Below, piece after piece: positions 49,829 through 61,361 of a stretch of 64,000 bases of DNA. Each line of letters begins with the position of its first letter. The first letter of the stretch is position 1. Source of the DNA: a bacterium. Its GTDB lineage: Bacteria > UBA8248 > JACPRG01 > G963555815. The notes under the pieces were generated by a model that did no database searches, was not told where the DNA came from, and saw nothing but the letters and a program-made list of their open reading frames with translations. Location: positions 1,664,001 to 1,728,000 of the forward strand of contig CBDHDG010000006.1 in NCBI GenBank assembly GCA_965261595.1, in the 5' to 3' direction. A program made the position numbers and the translations under genes.

Positions 49829-50920
49829 TCAGTCTTCCAGGCCCGGGCCGGGGTCGCGGAGAAGCTGGCCGGTGATGCAACTGATGCCGTTCACGCCGCC
49901 GAGCTGGATCCCATCGGTGTCGATGGCAATGACCTCCACCCTCGCCCGCTCGACGCGCCGGATGGTCTCGACCGCTCCCTTGGCCATGATGACCTTGCCG
50001 GGCTCGAGGAGCACCAGGTTGGACGGGGCGAACTTCTGCTGCTCGTCCGCCGGAATCTCGATGAGCTCGAACCCTTTTGAGCGAAGCCACTTGTACGTCT
50101 CGTAGTCGAGTTGGTTCGGAAAGATGATGGCCTTGCGCAGGTCGATGACCCCGAAGAACATGTCGATGTGGAACTCGCCCCCCGACTCGAAGGAATCCAT
50201 GATGGTCGTGGCCCGGGCGGCGTGCAGCTCTTTGACGCCGCACCGCTCCAGGACGAATCGCACCTGATCGAGACCCTCCCGGTTCACCGAGTTGGAGAGC
50301 ATGGTGAGCATCACGTCCTCGGCCACGTTGTAGAGCTCTCCGGTCTCGAAGATCCCGTTGCCGCAGACGGTGTAGATGATCGGGCAGCCGATCCGGGCCA
50401 GGAACCGCTGCAGCTCCCGCTCGACCCCGCGCTTGTAAGAGCCGTGGCCGAACCTGGACTGGATGGCCCCGCCCCGGACGACGCGGATGTCGCCCGCGAT
50501 GAACAGCTTGCGCATGGGGCCGTAGGCCCCCATCACGTCCTCGAACTCGAACAGGTTCACCTCGACCCCGCAATCCCGCAGGGTTTGGGCATAGGCCTCG
50601 TGGTGCCTGCACAGAAGGTCCAGGTCGATCTTCGCCGAGTGGCGTAGGAGGAAGAAGGTCGGGTCTTTCGCCCAGAGGGGATCCGTCTCGTGCGCGGTGG
50701 GCGCGACCAGGGCGACCTCGCGGAGCCGGCCGATGCCCTGGCTCCCCCAACGCTTCCCCCAGATGCGGGGAAGCTCATCCAGGTAGCTGAACTGTTCCAG
50801 GACTTCCGTTCGGGGAGGCTTGCCAGGCTCGTAATCCGGGTAGTTCTCCAGGGGGTAGTCTTCAAGACGGCCCTCCCAGGTGGTTTTCTCCCCTTCAGTG
50901 GTGAGTCCTGAAATTTCCAT
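49829..50920 (-). CDS. Amidinotransferase/arginine deiminase/DDAH (pentein) family enzyme
   Basis: GRLREVAL, FETGE, FHIDM, GGVNGISCIT..L.RD with C-terminal catalytic Cys. Confidence 0.8.
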   Translation of the reverse strand: MEISGLTTEGEKTTWEGRLEDYPLENYPDYEPGKPPRTEVLEQFSYLDELPRIWGKRWGSQGIGRLREVALVAPTAHETDPLWAKDPTFFLLRHSAKIDLDLLCRHHEAYAQTLRDCGVEVNLFEFEDVMGAYGPMRKLFIAGDIRVVRGGAIQSRFGHGSYKRGVERELQRFLARIGCPIIYTVCGNGIFETGELYNVAEDVMLTMLSNSVNREGLDQVRFVLERCGVKELHAARATTIMDSFESGGEFHIDMFFGVIDLRKAIIFPNQLDYETYKWLRSKGFELIEIPADEQQKFAPSNLVLLEPGKVIMAKGAVETIRRVERARVEVIAIDTDGIQLGGVNGISCITGQLLRDPGPGLED

Positions 50921-51141
50921 CGGTTCGCTACTCCTTGCTTGGGATGGTCGAGGATGGGGCGCCCGGCCCGCATCCCCGTGGCGACTTCCCGAGACCCTGA
51001 CGTTCGCGGTCCGGCCGAGAAGCCCGCCACAGGCTGTCATGCGCTTTCATGTGATTGTCAGGCTAGCAAAGAACTTGAACGCATTCAACCGGCCCGCGCC
51101 CCCCCGGTACACCGCTTAAGCGGAAAGGGAGAATGGCGGGT

Positions 51142-54009
51142 TCAGGCGCCCCGCTTTTCAGTCAAGTCCCCGGGTGCGGCGAGGAGCCTTCTCAGGAACC
51201 TGCCGGTCTCGGACCCGGAGACCTCGGCGACCTCCTCGGGCGCGCCCACGGCGATGACCTCCCCCCCCTCGTCGCCCCCTTCGGGCCCCAGGTCGATGAT
51301 GTGATCGGCCGTCTTGATCACCTCCAGGTTGTGCTCGATGACGATGACCGTGTTCCCGGCGTCGGTCAGCCGGTGGAGGACGTCGAGAAGCTTCTTCACA
51401 TCGGCGAAGTGGAGCCCCGTCGTGGGCTCGTCCAGGATGTAGAGCGTCCGGCCTGTGGCCCGCTTGCCGAGCTCGCGGGAGAGCTTCACGCGCTGGGCCT
51501 CGCCTCCCGAGAGCGTCGTGGCCGACTGCCCCAGCCGGACGTACCCCAGCCCCACGTCGGCCAGGGTTTGAAGCTTGTTGCGCACGGAGGGGACGTTCTC
51601 GAAGAATTCGAGCCCCTGGTCCAGCGTCATGTCCAGAACGTCGGCGATGGACTGCCCCTTGTAGCGGACTTCGAGGGTCTCGCGGTTGAAGCGCCTGCTC
51701 TTGCACACCTGACAGGAAACGTACAGGCCCGGCAGGAAATGCATCTCCACCTTGATCAGGCCGTCCCCCTGGCACGCCTCGCACCGCCCGCCCTTGATGT
51801 TGAAGCTGAACCGGCCGGGCTTGTATCCCCGTTTGCGGGCCTCGGGGACCCGGGCGAACAGGTCGCGGATGAAGGTGAACACCCCTGTGTAGGTGGCCGG
51901 GTTGCTCCGGGGGGTCCGGCCGATGGGGGACTGATCGATCTCGATCACCTTGTCGATGTGCTCGAGGCCCTCGATGCCCCGGTGCCGGCCGGGCCGGGCC
52001 GTGCTCCGGTAGAGCTTCTGGGCCAGGGCCTTGTAGAGGATCTCCGTGACGAGCGTGCTCTTTCCCGAACCCGAGACCCCCGTGACGCACGTGAACACTC
52101 CCAGGGGGAAATGAACGTCCAGGGACTTCAGGTTGTTCTCGGCGGCGCCGAGGACGGAGAAGGTCCGGCCGTCCTGAATCCTCCGGAACCCCGGAACGGG
52201 GATGCGCTGCGCGCCGGAGAGGTACTGGCCGGTCAGGGAATGGGGGTTGGCCTTGACCTCCGCGGGCGTTCCCCGGGCCACCACGTGGCCGCCGTTCACC
52301 CCCGCCGCCGGGCCCAGGTCCAGGACGAAGTCGGCGGAGAGAATCGTCTCCTCGTCATGCTCGACGACGATGACCGTGTTTCCGAGATCGCGCAGCCGGA
52401 AGAGGATGTCGAGGAGCCTGCGGTTGTCCCGCTGGTGAAGGCCGATGCTGGGCTCGTCCAGGATGTAGAGCACGCCGACTAGGCTGGCCCCCACCTGCGT
52501 GGCCAGGCGGATGCGCTGCGCCTCGCCCCCGGCCAGGGTGGCCGCCCGGCGGTTCAGCGTCAAATAGTCCAGCCCGACCCGGGAGAGGAACTCCAGCCGG
52601 TCGGTGATCTCCCGGAGGATGCGCTCGGCGATCTTCATCTCGTAGGGGGACCACTTCAGGTTTTCGAAAAAGCCCTTCGCTTCCTTGATGGAAAGGGCCG
52701 CCACCGCCCCGATGCCCCGGCCCCCGACGAGGACGGCGCGGCTCTCCGGCTTCAGGCGATGCCCGTCGCAGGCGGCGCAGGGCTGGAGTGTCATGTAGGA
52801 CTCGATCTCCCGCTGAACTTCCGGCGAGCCGGTCTCGTGATAACGGTGCTCCAGCATGGCGACGACGCCGTCGAAAGGCCTGCGGAACCGGCGCCGTCTC
52901 CGGTCGAACTCGTTGCGGAACTCGATGGCCTCCTCTCCGGTCCCTTCGAGGAGGGCCCGCCGGAACCGGGCGGGCAACTTGCCGAACGGGGTGTCCAGCT
53001 CAGCGCCGTAATGTTTCGCCAACGCCTCCAGCACCTGGACGTAGGAGGCCGACGTTTTCTCGGCCCAGGGCCGGATGGCCCCCTGCCGGAGGGAGAGCGA
53101 CTTGTCGGGGACGATGAGGTCCGGGTCCACATGGGGCAGGAACCCCAGGCCCCCGCACGCCTCGCACGCCCCGTAGGGGCTGTTGAAGGAGAACATCCGC
53201 GGCGCGAGCTCCGGAAAGCCGATGCCGCAGTCGGGGCAGGCGAACTTTTCGCTGAAGAGGATCTCCTCGTCCGCCGGCCCGTCCGTCTCTTTCCCCGTGG
53301 ACAGGATGGCCAGGCCGTCGGTCAGCCGCAGGGCGGTTTCGAGCGAATCCGCCAGACGGCTTTCCACCCCTTTGCGCAGGAGAAGGCGGTCGACCACGAT
53401 GTCGATGTCGTGCTTGAAGCTCTTTTTGAGCCGGACGGGCTCGGCGAGGTCCACCATCCGGCCGTCCACGCGCGCGCGCACGAAGCCCCGGCGGGCGATG
53501 TCGGCCAGCTCCTTGCGGTACTCCCCCTTCCGCCCCCGGACGATGGGCGCCAGGATCCGCACCCGGGTTTCGGGCGGCAGGGCGAGGGTTTGGTCCACCA
53601 TCTGCTGGATGGTCTGGGAGGCGATGGGGCGGCCGCATTGGTGACAGTGCGGCCGGCCGACGCGGGCGTACAGGAGCCGGAGGTGGTCGTAGATCTCGGT
53701 GACCGTCCCGACGGTGGATCGCGGGTTCTTGCTTGTCGTCTTTTGCTCGATGGAGATGGCCGGCGAGAGACCCTCGATGGAGTCCACGTCCGGTTTGTCC
53801 ATCTGTTCCAGGAACTGCCGGGCGTAGGCGGAGAGGGATTCGACGTAGCGCCGCTGGCCCTCGGCATAGAGGGTGTCGAAGGCGAGAGAGGACTTTCCCG
53901 AGCCGCTGATCCCCGTGATGACGATGAGCCGGTTCCTGGGGATCTCGACGGTGACGTTCTTGAGGTTGTGCTCGCGGGCGCCCTTGATGACGATGTTGCG
54001 ATGGGCCAT
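51142..54009 (-). CDS. uvrA: Excinuclease ABC subunit A
   Basis: [35 protein letters not shown], two ABC cassettes, Zn fingers. Confidence 0.98.
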   Translation of the reverse strand: MAHRNIVIKGAREHNLKNVTVEIPRNRLIVITGISGSGKSSLAFDTLYAEGQRRYVESLSAYARQFLEQMDKPDVDSIEGLSPAISIEQKTTSKNPRSTVGTVTEIYDHLRLLYARVGRPHCHQCGRPIASQTIQQMVDQTLALPPETRVRILAPIVRGRKGEYRKELADIARRGFVRARVDGRMVDLAEPVRLKKSFKHDIDIVVDRLLLRKGVESRLADSLETALRLTDGLAILSTGKETDGPADEEILFSEKFACPDCGIGFPELAPRMFSFNSPYGACEACGGLGFLPHVDPDLIVPDKSLSLRQGAIRPWAEKTSASYVQVLEALAKHYGAELDTPFGKLPARFRRALLEGTGEEAIEFRNEFDRRRRRFRRPFDGVVAMLEHRYHETGSPEVQREIESYMTLQPCAACDGHRLKPESRAVLVGGRGIGAVAALSIKEAKGFFENLKWSPYEMKIAERILREITDRLEFLSRVGLDYLTLNRRAATLAGGEAQRIRLATQVGASLVGVLYILDEPSIGLHQRDNRRLLDILFRLRDLGNTVIVVEHDEETILSADFVLDLGPAAGVNGGHVVARGTPAEVKANPHSLTGQYLSGAQRIPVPGFRRIQDGRTFSVLGAAENNLKSLDVHFPLGVFTCVTGVSGSGKSTLVTEILYKALAQKLYRSTARPGRHRGIEGLEHIDKVIEIDQSPIGRTPRSNPATYTGVFTFIRDLFARVPEARKRGYKPGRFSFNIKGGRCEACQGDGLIKVEMHFLPGLYVSCQVCKSRRFNRETLEVRYKGQSIADVLDMTLDQGLEFFENVPSVRNKLQTLADVGLGYVRLGQSATTLSGGEAQRVKLSRELGKRATGRTLYILDEPTTGLHFADVKKLLDVLHRLTDAGNTVIVIEHNLEVIKTADHIIDLGPEGGDEGGEVIAVGAPEEVAEVSGSETGRFLRRLLAAPGDLTEKRGA

Positions 54010-54113
54010 GGGGTGGAAGGTCCTCGGGTGCTCGCGTGAGGGTGGCCGGGCGTTCCTGTCACATCTCAATATAAACGGCGCCGGCGTGGAGAGAAAGTGA
54101 GACGGCCCGAATT

Positions 54114-54140
54114 AAAAAGCGGGGTTCCGAAGAACCCCGC
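54114..54140 (-). terminator. Rho-independent terminator after aquaporin
   Basis: 9-bp stem GCGGGGTTC/GAACCCCGC, 4-nt loop, then T5 on the minus strand. Confidence 0.8.
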
Positions 54141-54164
54141 CGTGGGTTGTGGAGGGAGGGATTC

Positions 54165-54860
54165 TTATCCGGCCGACTCGGACGAATCCCCGCCGGTGCA
54201 GAGCTTGTACAGGACCGCGGCCAGGATCGCGCCCAGAATCGGCCCCACCCAGTAGACCCAGTGCGCGTCCCAAAATCCGGAGACCACGGCCGGCCCGAAC
54301 GTCCGGGCGGGATTCATCGACGCCCCGGTCAGGGGTCCGCCCATCAAAATATCGAAGACCAGCACCAGGCCGATGCCGAAGCCCCCGATCTTCGGGGCCT
54401 TCTCGTCCACGGCGGTCCCGTAGACCGCCAGCACCAGGAAGAACGTCAGGATGATCTCGACGAGGACGCCCGTCCCCGCCCCGATGCCGGGTCCGAGGCC
54501 CGGTGTTCCCAGGTTGACCTTGGTCCAGACCTCCGTCGAGTAGATGGTCCGGAGCAGAAGTCCGGCGATGACCCCCCCGGTGAGCTGGGAAATGATGTAC
54601 CCCACGGCGCGGCCGCCTTTGATCTTTCCCCCGACCAGGAGGCCGATGGTGACAGCCGGATTCACGTGCGCGCCCGAGATGTGGCCTAGGGCCGACACCA
54701 TAACCGCCAATACGATGCCGTGGGCCAAGGCGATTCCGAGAAGCCCGACGGCGCCGTTGGTCAGGGCGTTGGTGATGATGGCCCCGGCGCCGATGAAGCA
54801 CAGGCCGAACGTCCCGATGCACTCCGCCAGATAGGCTTTGGCGTTTTCTCCCATATTCAT
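54165..54860 (-). CDS. Aquaporin (MIP family)
   Basis: SGAHVNPAVT and SMNPART motifs, six TM helices. Confidence 0.95.
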   Translation of the reverse strand: MNMGENAKAYLAECIGTFGLCFIGAGAIITNALTNGAVGLLGIALAHGIVLAVMVSALGHISGAHVNPAVTIGLLVGGKIKGGRAVGYIISQLTGGVIAGLLLRTIYSTEVWTKVNLGTPGLGPGIGAGTGVLVEIILTFFLVLAVYGTAVDEKAPKIGGFGIGLVLVFDILMGGPLTGASMNPARTFGPAVVSGFWDAHWVYWVGPILGAILAAVLYKLCTGGDSSESAG

Positions 54861-55109
54861 TTCTCCTCAGCGATAGAGAGCCCCCGCAGGCCGAACACAC
54901 CAAACCCGCGCCATGATTGGCTCGGGCGCCATCCGGCCGGGGCGGCGAATCAAGATCCGGTATTGTCGGAGTGATCCGGGCAGGGGGGGGGGCGGTCGGT
55001 TACCCGCCTATTAAAGGTGGGCTGAGGAATTATAGCACGAGCCAGGGGGTTTCAACGCGGCGGTTTCGACCCGAATTCAGAGCGGCGTCCCGCCTGTTGC
55101 GGGCGGGCG

Positions 55110-56135
55110 TTAATCACCCATCATCCGGACGAACGCCTCAAAGAAGTGGTGAGCGAAATGATCGCCATACCGATTTTGGTCACCCATCTCTTTCAGGGCC
55201 TCGAAGCGGGTGAGACGCTTTTTATAAGGGCGGTTCGTCGTCATGGCGTCGAAGACGTCCGCGATGGCCGCGATCTTGGCCGCGTCCGTCAGCTCGTCGC
55301 CCTTTAACCCATTCGGATAGCCCCGACCGTCCATCCTTTCGTGGTGCGCGAGGACGATGTCCAGGATGGTGGGATCCTGATTGCCGTTTTCGACGAGGAT
55401 ATCGCGCCCCCAGGCGGGATGCCGCTTGATGGTCTCCCACTCGGACGGATTCAGGGGCCCATCCTTTTTGAGGATCGCGCCGTCCACCCGGGACTTTCCG
55501 ATGTCGTGAAACAGCAGTCCGACGGAAACCAGATCCATCGAGGCCGCGCTTTTCCGCGGAAAGACCTGCTGATACAGTCCCAGGCCGTAGATGCAGACGT
55601 GGAGGGAATGGGTGAAGGTGTAGTAGTCGTTGCTTGTCAGGCTCATCATGGAGCGCAGGGCTTTGGGGTGCAAGCTCAGATACATGGAGAGTTGACTCGC
55701 CTCATTCGCGGCCTTCTCCAGTGATTTGGGACTGATGTCGCCGGTGAACAGACCTTCCACCACCTTGGAGGCCTGGCCGTACAGGACCCCGGACCGGGTT
55801 TCCAAGGGAACCGATTCGTCGGAGAGGAAATTCCCCATTCGCGATTCAAGATAATCTTCGTAATCGGACAGGAAGCGGCGCTCGGTATAAACCTGCAGGC
55901 CTTCAGAGGTATGGAAGGCGGCCCTGAGCCTTTCCGTAAAACGCTGCCGCCGATTCATAACCAGAGAGAAGGAGCGGGACCCGTTCAACCGCTGATAAAT
56001 GGGAAATTCAAGCGGTTCGCCCCCTTGAAGGATCTCCAAGTCGATGGGCACGAGCCCCTCGAGACCGGGGCTGGTTTGGGGATCAACCTTCACCGCTTCG
56101 CTCATCGCGGGCCTCAATTCCTTAACAAGGTGCAA
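55110..56135 (-). CDS. HD-GYP domain cyclic-dinucleotide phosphodiesterase
   Basis: YTFTHS, FHDIGK, HHERMDGRGYP, ADVFDAMT..RPY; start uncertain. Confidence 0.9.
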   Translation of the reverse strand: MHLVKELRPAMSEAVKVDPQTSPGLEGLVPIDLEILQGGEPLEFPIYQRLNGSRSFSLVMNRRQRFTERLRAAFHTSEGLQVYTERRFLSDYEDYLESRMGNFLSDESVPLETRSGVLYGQASKVVEGLFTGDISPKSLEKAANEASQLSMYLSLHPKALRSMMSLTSNDYYTFTHSLHVCIYGLGLYQQVFPRKSAASMDLVSVGLLFHDIGKSRVDGAILKKDGPLNPSEWETIKRHPAWGRDILVENGNQDPTILDIVLAHHERMDGRGYPNGLKGDELTDAAKIAAIADVFDAMTTNRPYKKRLTRFEALKEMGDQNRYGDHFAHHFFEAFVRMMGD

Positions 56136-56297
56136 AATGGCGCCGCATTCAGATGATCCTCATTCGACGAGGCTCGGAAGATTGCCGAGCGGATGCTCCG
56201 GCTTGTCATGCGGTGTCGATGGGACGGCTGGATCCGAGAATCCCCGAATCCGCCTCGCCCCTTGGACCCGACACGCCGGATTTCCCGACTATGGTTC

Positions 56298-56324
56298 GTA
56301 TCGGCAAATTTGCCAATGGATATA
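56298..56324 (-). promoter_or_regulatory. Candidate sigma28 (FliA) promoter upstream of HD-GYP gene
   Basis: Minus strand TATA-N15-GCCGATAC versus consensus TAAA-N15-GCCGATAA. Confidence 0.35.
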
Positions 56325-56404
56325 AGCGGAATTGCGTCTTGAAGTCCGACAGCCGCCCCCACCCGATTCCGGGTTGTTTCCACCACCGGGGCCGCCAGGG
56401 ACGA

Positions 56405-57122
56405 TCAATCGATGATGGCCACGGCCCGGATAGGCGCGCCGCTGGCCCCCTTCCACTTGACCGGCAGAAGAGAGACCGTAAAGCCGTAAGGTTTGGGAAT
56501 GGCCGCCAGGTTGGATAGATTCTCGACGTGCCAATATTCCCGGTCTTTGTAGAGGGTGTGGCAGGGCCACAGGTCTCCGCGCTCGAACATCTTCGGGATG
56601 GGCAGATCAAAGCCGACCGCATCAATGCCGATGGTCTTGATCCCCCGGTCCAGGAGCCATTCGCAGCTCTCGCGGATCATGCCGGGATGGTCGGTCAGGT
56701 ATCCGGGATGGTCCGATTTCTTCGAGGCGTCGGTCCGCAGCAGGACGATGTCGCTCACCTTGAGCGCATAATCGATGTTCGCCAGCGCCGCCTCCAGGTC
56801 GGCGATCTCGATGGCCTCGCCGCCTTTTTTTTGAGAAAGATCCAGGACCACGCCGGGCCCGTAGCAGTGTTCCAGCGGGATTTGCTCCGCCGAAGGCCCC
56901 TCCGGGTTCCCATGAAAGACGGAATCGATATGCGTTCCGTGGTGGTCGCTGAGGACGACGACGCAGTGGTTGAACAGGGTGTCGGCCCCGTATTGCGCCG
57001 CGTTCAGGCGGGCCGCGCTTTCATGGTGGTCCTCCAGCACCCGGATCAACGGGCTGATCGTCCCCCGGATAGGTCTGCATGAACCGGTGAACTTCCATGC
57101 TGAGGTCGCTGATCCGCGACAT
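56405..57122 (-). CDS. Cyclase family (kynurenine formamidase-like) protein, frameshift at 57062-57066
   Basis: RBS GGAGG, MSRISDLS...YPG then an extra G; HHGTHIDS, VLLRT, GIDA, HVENL, GAPIRAVA. Confidence 0.85.
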
Positions 57123-57463
57123 TTTCTCGCCTCCCGGCTTGGTTTCGGCTGCGGGGGATGAAAACCGCCCGTCCGTTTGTTCTCAACAATGGGGACACCG
57201 GCGCGGGTGACCCCCGAGTGGGGAAGCCGGCCGATTCACGAGGAATGGCGGGCGTCCAAATCAGCTTCCGGCGGGTCATTCTATCGCATCTGAAAGGCTC
57301 GGGAACCGCGACAAGGTTTAAGGCTCCGGGGTGTGGAAACAAGGGAATCCCCGATTTTTCCTCGCAAGAGCGGGGGCCGCGCCCTATTTTCGTGGGAGAA
57401 GGTTTTCTCGATGCGGGCGTGCGCTACGCCGTCACGTCCGAAATCCTCCGTTCGGAGATCCGG

Positions 57464-58504
57464 ATGAATCGGAAATCTCAAGCCATCAGCGAATCCCATC
57501 CAGCGCCCCGGTCGGCGAGCGGTTGGGTGGCCGCGCTTGCCGTCCTGGCTCTTCTCATCGGCGCGGCCCCCGCGGACGCCCAGGGCTTTTCCATCATCAA
57601 GCCCAAGACCGAAAGGGAGATCGGGAAGAAATATGATCCGCTGATCCTGAAACAAATGGGGTACTACGCCGATCCCTTTCTCCAGCAATACGTCAGCCGC
57701 ATCGGCCGGAAAATCGCCGGCGCCATCAACAGAAAAGCGTATACCTATCATTTCAAGGTCGTGGACCAGCACCGGGAAAACGCCATGGCCCTGCCGGGCG
57801 GTTACATCTACATTACGCGCGGGATGCTGGCGGTGCTGAACAGCGAGGCCGAGCTGGCCGGCGTCCTGGGGCACGAGATCGCTCACGTCACACAGCGCCA
57901 TGGCGCCCGGCAGATGACCAAGGCCCTGGGCGCCCAGTTTCTGACCCTTGCGGCCGCGGCCGGGGGCGCCCTCGCGGGCGGCGGGGCCATCGCGCCCGCC
58001 ATCACGCTGACGCAGGCGGTGATGAGCAACGTCCTGAGCGGTCACGGGAGGGCGTTCGAATTCGAGGCCGACGAAAAGGGGCTTTACTATGCCTGGAAGG
58101 CGGGATACGACCCCCGGGAGGCCTCCAAGTTCATGCGGCGGCTGCGCCAAATCGAGCGGTTGCGCGGGATCGGCTACCACGGTTTCGGCTCGACCCACCC
58201 GGAGACCACCCTGCGGATCCTGAAGCTCGAAGAGCTTGCCCAGGTCCTGGCCCGCCCCGGACAGAAGCTGGCCGTGAAGGGCGACCATTACAAGGCGCAA
58301 TTGTCCGGATTGGTTTACGGGGAGCGCAAGGAAGGTTACCGTCTTAAGGCTCATCGGGCGCGGGCCGGGGAAACCCTTCCCGACCTCGCCGCCAAATATC
58401 TGGGCAACCGGAACTTCTCACTCGAGCTCGCCCTGTTGAACGACCTGGACGACCAGGCAGTCCTGAAAGAGGGCCAGCGGATTAAGATCGTTCGCAAGAA
58501 ATAA
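57464..58504 (+). CDS. M48 family metalloprotease with C-terminal LysM-like domain
   Basis: NAMALPGG, ELAGVLGHEIAH, EFEAD, STHP; GETL..LA..Y..LN. Confidence 0.88.
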   Translation: MNRKSQAISESHPAPRSASGWVAALAVLALLIGAAPADAQGFSIIKPKTEREIGKKYDPLILKQMGYYADPFLQQYVSRIGRKIAGAINRKAYTYHFKVVDQHRENAMALPGGYIYITRGMLAVLNSEAELAGVLGHEIAHVTQRHGARQMTKALGAQFLTLAAAAGGALAGGGAIAPAITLTQAVMSNVLSGHGRAFEFEADEKGLYYAWKAGYDPREASKFMRRLRQIERLRGIGYHGFGSTHPETTLRILKLEELAQVLARPGQKLAVKGDHYKAQLSGLVYGERKEGYRLKAHRARAGETLPDLAAKYLGNRNFSLELALLNDLDDQAVLKEGQRIKIVRKK

Positions 58505-58627
58505 CCCCTCCGAACTGAGGGTGGCGGGTTCGGCCGCGCACCCGTTGCTCCCCCCCTTCCCCCCGAATTTCGGGCCACTCCAATCGTTCCGCTATTCGTT
58601 ATGGAGCATGCCGGCGGGAGATCCCGG

Positions 58628-61150
58628 CTATCCCACCTCCGCCAAGTCCAGCCGATCACCCCAACGTTCTTTCACCCAGGCCCGCAGGCCCTGGTGCGCG
58701 GGCGCGGTCAGGTCCGGGTCCCGATCCACGAGGGCGAAGGCGTCCTCCCTCGCCTGCGTCAGCAGGTCGGTGTGGCGCAGCAGGCGGGTGAAGCGCAGAT
58801 CCGGGGCGCCGGCCTGTTTTGTCCCGAACATCTCGCCCGGTCCGCGGATCTCGAAGTCGCGGTCGGCGATTTGGAACCCGTCGGCGGTTTCGGCCATGAC
58901 GGCGAGGCGGGCCTCGGCCTCCGCCGTGAGCGGGGGGCGGGCCCGTAGGAAGCAGTAAGCCTTCTCTCCTCCCCGGCCCACCCGGCCCCGAAGCTGGTGG
59001 AGCTGGGACAGACCGTAGCGGTCCGCGTCCTCCACCCACATCACGGTGGCGTTCGGGACGTCCACGCCGACTTCGATCACCGTCGTTGTGACCAGGAGCC
59101 TGATGTCCCCCCGGCGAAATCCCTCCATGACCGCCTCTTTCTCCTCGGTCTTCATCCGGCCGTGAAGGAGCCCCACCCGAAACGGGTGAAGCTCGCGGCG
59201 AAGCCGATCCGCTGTCTCGACGGCGGCCTTCAGGTCCGACCGCTCCGTTTCCTCGATCCGGGGCGACACATGGTAGGCCTGCCGTCCGGCCCCCAGCTCG
59301 CGCCGGAGAAGACGCCACGCGGCCTCCGCTTTCCCCCCCACGTGCACGGCTGTCTCGACGGGCATTCTTCCAGGCGGCATCTCGTCGAGAAGGGAGAGGT
59401 CCAGGTCTCCGTACAAGGTCAGCGAGAGGCTCCGGGGGATGGGCGTCGCCGTCATGACGAGGACGTCGGGGTCGCTCCCTTTATCCCGGAGGGCCGAGCG
59501 CTGCATCACGCCGAAACGCTGTTGCTCGTCGATCACCGCGAGACCCAGGGACTTGAACCGCACGTCCGTCTGAATGAGCGCGTGTGTCCCAATGACCAAG
59601 GAGACGGACCCCTTCATTACGCTGTCGAGCAGGTCCGCCCGCTCCTTTTCCTTCATGCGCCCGGTGAGAAGCCCGGAGCGCACGCCCAGGGCGTCCGTCC
59701 AGCGCCGAACGGTTGCGGCGTGCTGCTCGGCCAGAATCTCCGTCGGGGCCAGCAGGACCGCCTGATGGCCGCTTTGAATCGCCGATAGCGCCGCCCAGAC
59801 CGCCACAACGGTTTTCCCGCTTCCGACGTCCCCCTGGAGGAGCCGGTTCATGGGCGAGGGGGCCAGCAGATCGCGGCCGATCTCCCCGAGGACCCGCTCC
59901 TGGGCGGAGGTCAGGTTGAACGGGAGGTTTTTCAGGAATCGGGCCGCCAGGGGACGATCCAGGTTGTAATCGCGGCCGCGCCGCCGCCGCTTCATCCGGT
60001 CTCTGCGCAGCGCGAGACCCGTTTGCAATCCGAACAGCTCGTCGAAGATGAGCCGCCGGTGCCACGGCGAGCGGCCGGCGTTGAGCGCTTCCGGATCGGC
60101 CGCGCCGCCGCCGTCGGTCATGGCCCCTTCCTCCGCCGCCGGGCCTTCGCCCGGAGGAAAGTGCACGCCCCGCAGGGCCTCCGACAGCGGGAGGAGTCCT
60201 CTTCGTTTCCGGATCGCTTTCGGGACGACGTCGGAGACCTGGCCGGAGAAGTCGTCGACCACCTTTTTCATCCAAACGCGGAAGGCCCTCGGCCTCACGC
60301 CTTCGGTAGCGGGGTAAAAGGGGACGATCCGCCCCGTGTGGAGGGAATCCCGGCCGCTCCCGTCTTCCTCCAGCTCCTCCACCTCCGGGTGGTGGACCTC
60401 GAGGCGTCCCCGCCGCCGGGGGTTGGAGCGGACGACGCCGCTGAACACAAACGTCCGGCCGGGCCGGTAGCGGTCCTTCATGGAGGCGGTCCGGAAGGCG
60501 AACCAGACAGCGGTGAGGACGCCGGCCGAATCTCCCAGCGTCACCTCGTAGATCCTTCGGCCCCGTCCGATGAACGCCGCGCCGCCCTCGAGGACTGTCG
60601 CCGAGAAGGTTTCCTCCTGTCCGGGCCGGAGGGCGGAGAGGGGTTGAAGACGCGAGCGATCCACGTATTTGCGCGGCAGGAAGAAGAGGGCGTCACCGAT
60701 GGTCCTGATCCCCAGACGGGCGAAGGTTTCGGCCCGTTTCGGCCCGACCCCGCGAACCCGTTGAATGGAGTCGGTGAGAAGGGGCCCTTCCGGAGAGGGG
60801 GCCTTCCGCCGGTTTCCCGCGCGCCGTTCTTCGGCCTTTCGGCGCGGGGACTCGCGGCCGCGGCGAGGACGCCGCCGAAGCGCCTTCTCGATTTCGTCGA
60901 GAAGTCTCAACGCCGATTCAATCCGTCCACGTTTTTCGCCGGCATCCAGGCCGTCGAACCCCCGGACGGCGTCGCCGAGCTTCTTCAGGCGGGTTGCGGC
61001 CGCCTTGGGCGGCCGCTCCGCTTCGATCTCGCGGAGCCAGACCGAGACCGATCGCTCGAGACCGGTGAGGGCGTCGATTTTCGCAAAATCATTTCGGGAA
61101 GCGAACTGAAGGGGTCTTCGGAGCTTTTCGAGGGGGTCCGGTTTCGCCAT
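58628..61150 (-). CDS. recG: ATP-dependent DNA helicase RecG
   Basis: MNRLLQGDVGSGKT, APTEILAEQH, MTATPIPRSL, QLHQLRGRVGRG, DFEIRGPGE. Confidence 0.96.
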   Translation of the reverse strand: MAKPDPLEKLRRPLQFASRNDFAKIDALTGLERSVSVWLREIEAERPPKAAATRLKKLGDAVRGFDGLDAGEKRGRIESALRLLDEIEKALRRRPRRGRESPRRKAEERRAGNRRKAPSPEGPLLTDSIQRVRGVGPKRAETFARLGIRTIGDALFFLPRKYVDRSRLQPLSALRPGQEETFSATVLEGGAAFIGRGRRIYEVTLGDSAGVLTAVWFAFRTASMKDRYRPGRTFVFSGVVRSNPRRRGRLEVHHPEVEELEEDGSGRDSLHTGRIVPFYPATEGVRPRAFRVWMKKVVDDFSGQVSDVVPKAIRKRRGLLPLSEALRGVHFPPGEGPAAEEGAMTDGGGAADPEALNAGRSPWHRRLIFDELFGLQTGLALRRDRMKRRRRGRDYNLDRPLAARFLKNLPFNLTSAQERVLGEIGRDLLAPSPMNRLLQGDVGSGKTVVAVWAALSAIQSGHQAVLLAPTEILAEQHAATVRRWTDALGVRSGLLTGRMKEKERADLLDSVMKGSVSLVIGTHALIQTDVRFKSLGLAVIDEQQRFGVMQRSALRDKGSDPDVLVMTATPIPRSLSLTLYGDLDLSLLDEMPPGRMPVETAVHVGGKAEAAWRLLRRELGAGRQAYHVSPRIEETERSDLKAAVETADRLRRELHPFRVGLLHGRMKTEEKEAVMEGFRRGDIRLLVTTTVIEVGVDVPNATVMWVEDADRYGLSQLHQLRGRVGRGGEKAYCFLRARPPLTAEAEARLAVMAETADGFQIADRDFEIRGPGEMFGTKQAGAPDLRFTRLLRHTDLLTQAREDAFALVDRDPDLTAPAHQGLRAWVKERWGDRLDLAEVG

Positions 61151-61361
61151 CGGGGGTGCTTGTCATCTCCACGCGGGGCGGGAGGAGTTCGGGCGCCGAT
61201 TGCCGAAACGGCGCCGATTCAGCCCGGGCTTCAGTCGGGACCTGAAAACGGCAAGGCTTCCATCCATCCGGCCGGCCGGCGGGAAAGGCGGCGGCGCCGC
61301 CCCTGTATTTTACACCGGCCGATCCGGACTTGCCGCGGCCGGCCGGCCGGCGAAAAAAGAT

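Noticed and set aside
59515..59535. RecG DEQQ instead of DEQH as an inactivating change
   Set aside because: All other helicase motifs are intact, and Q at this position occurs in related RecG/Mfd helicases
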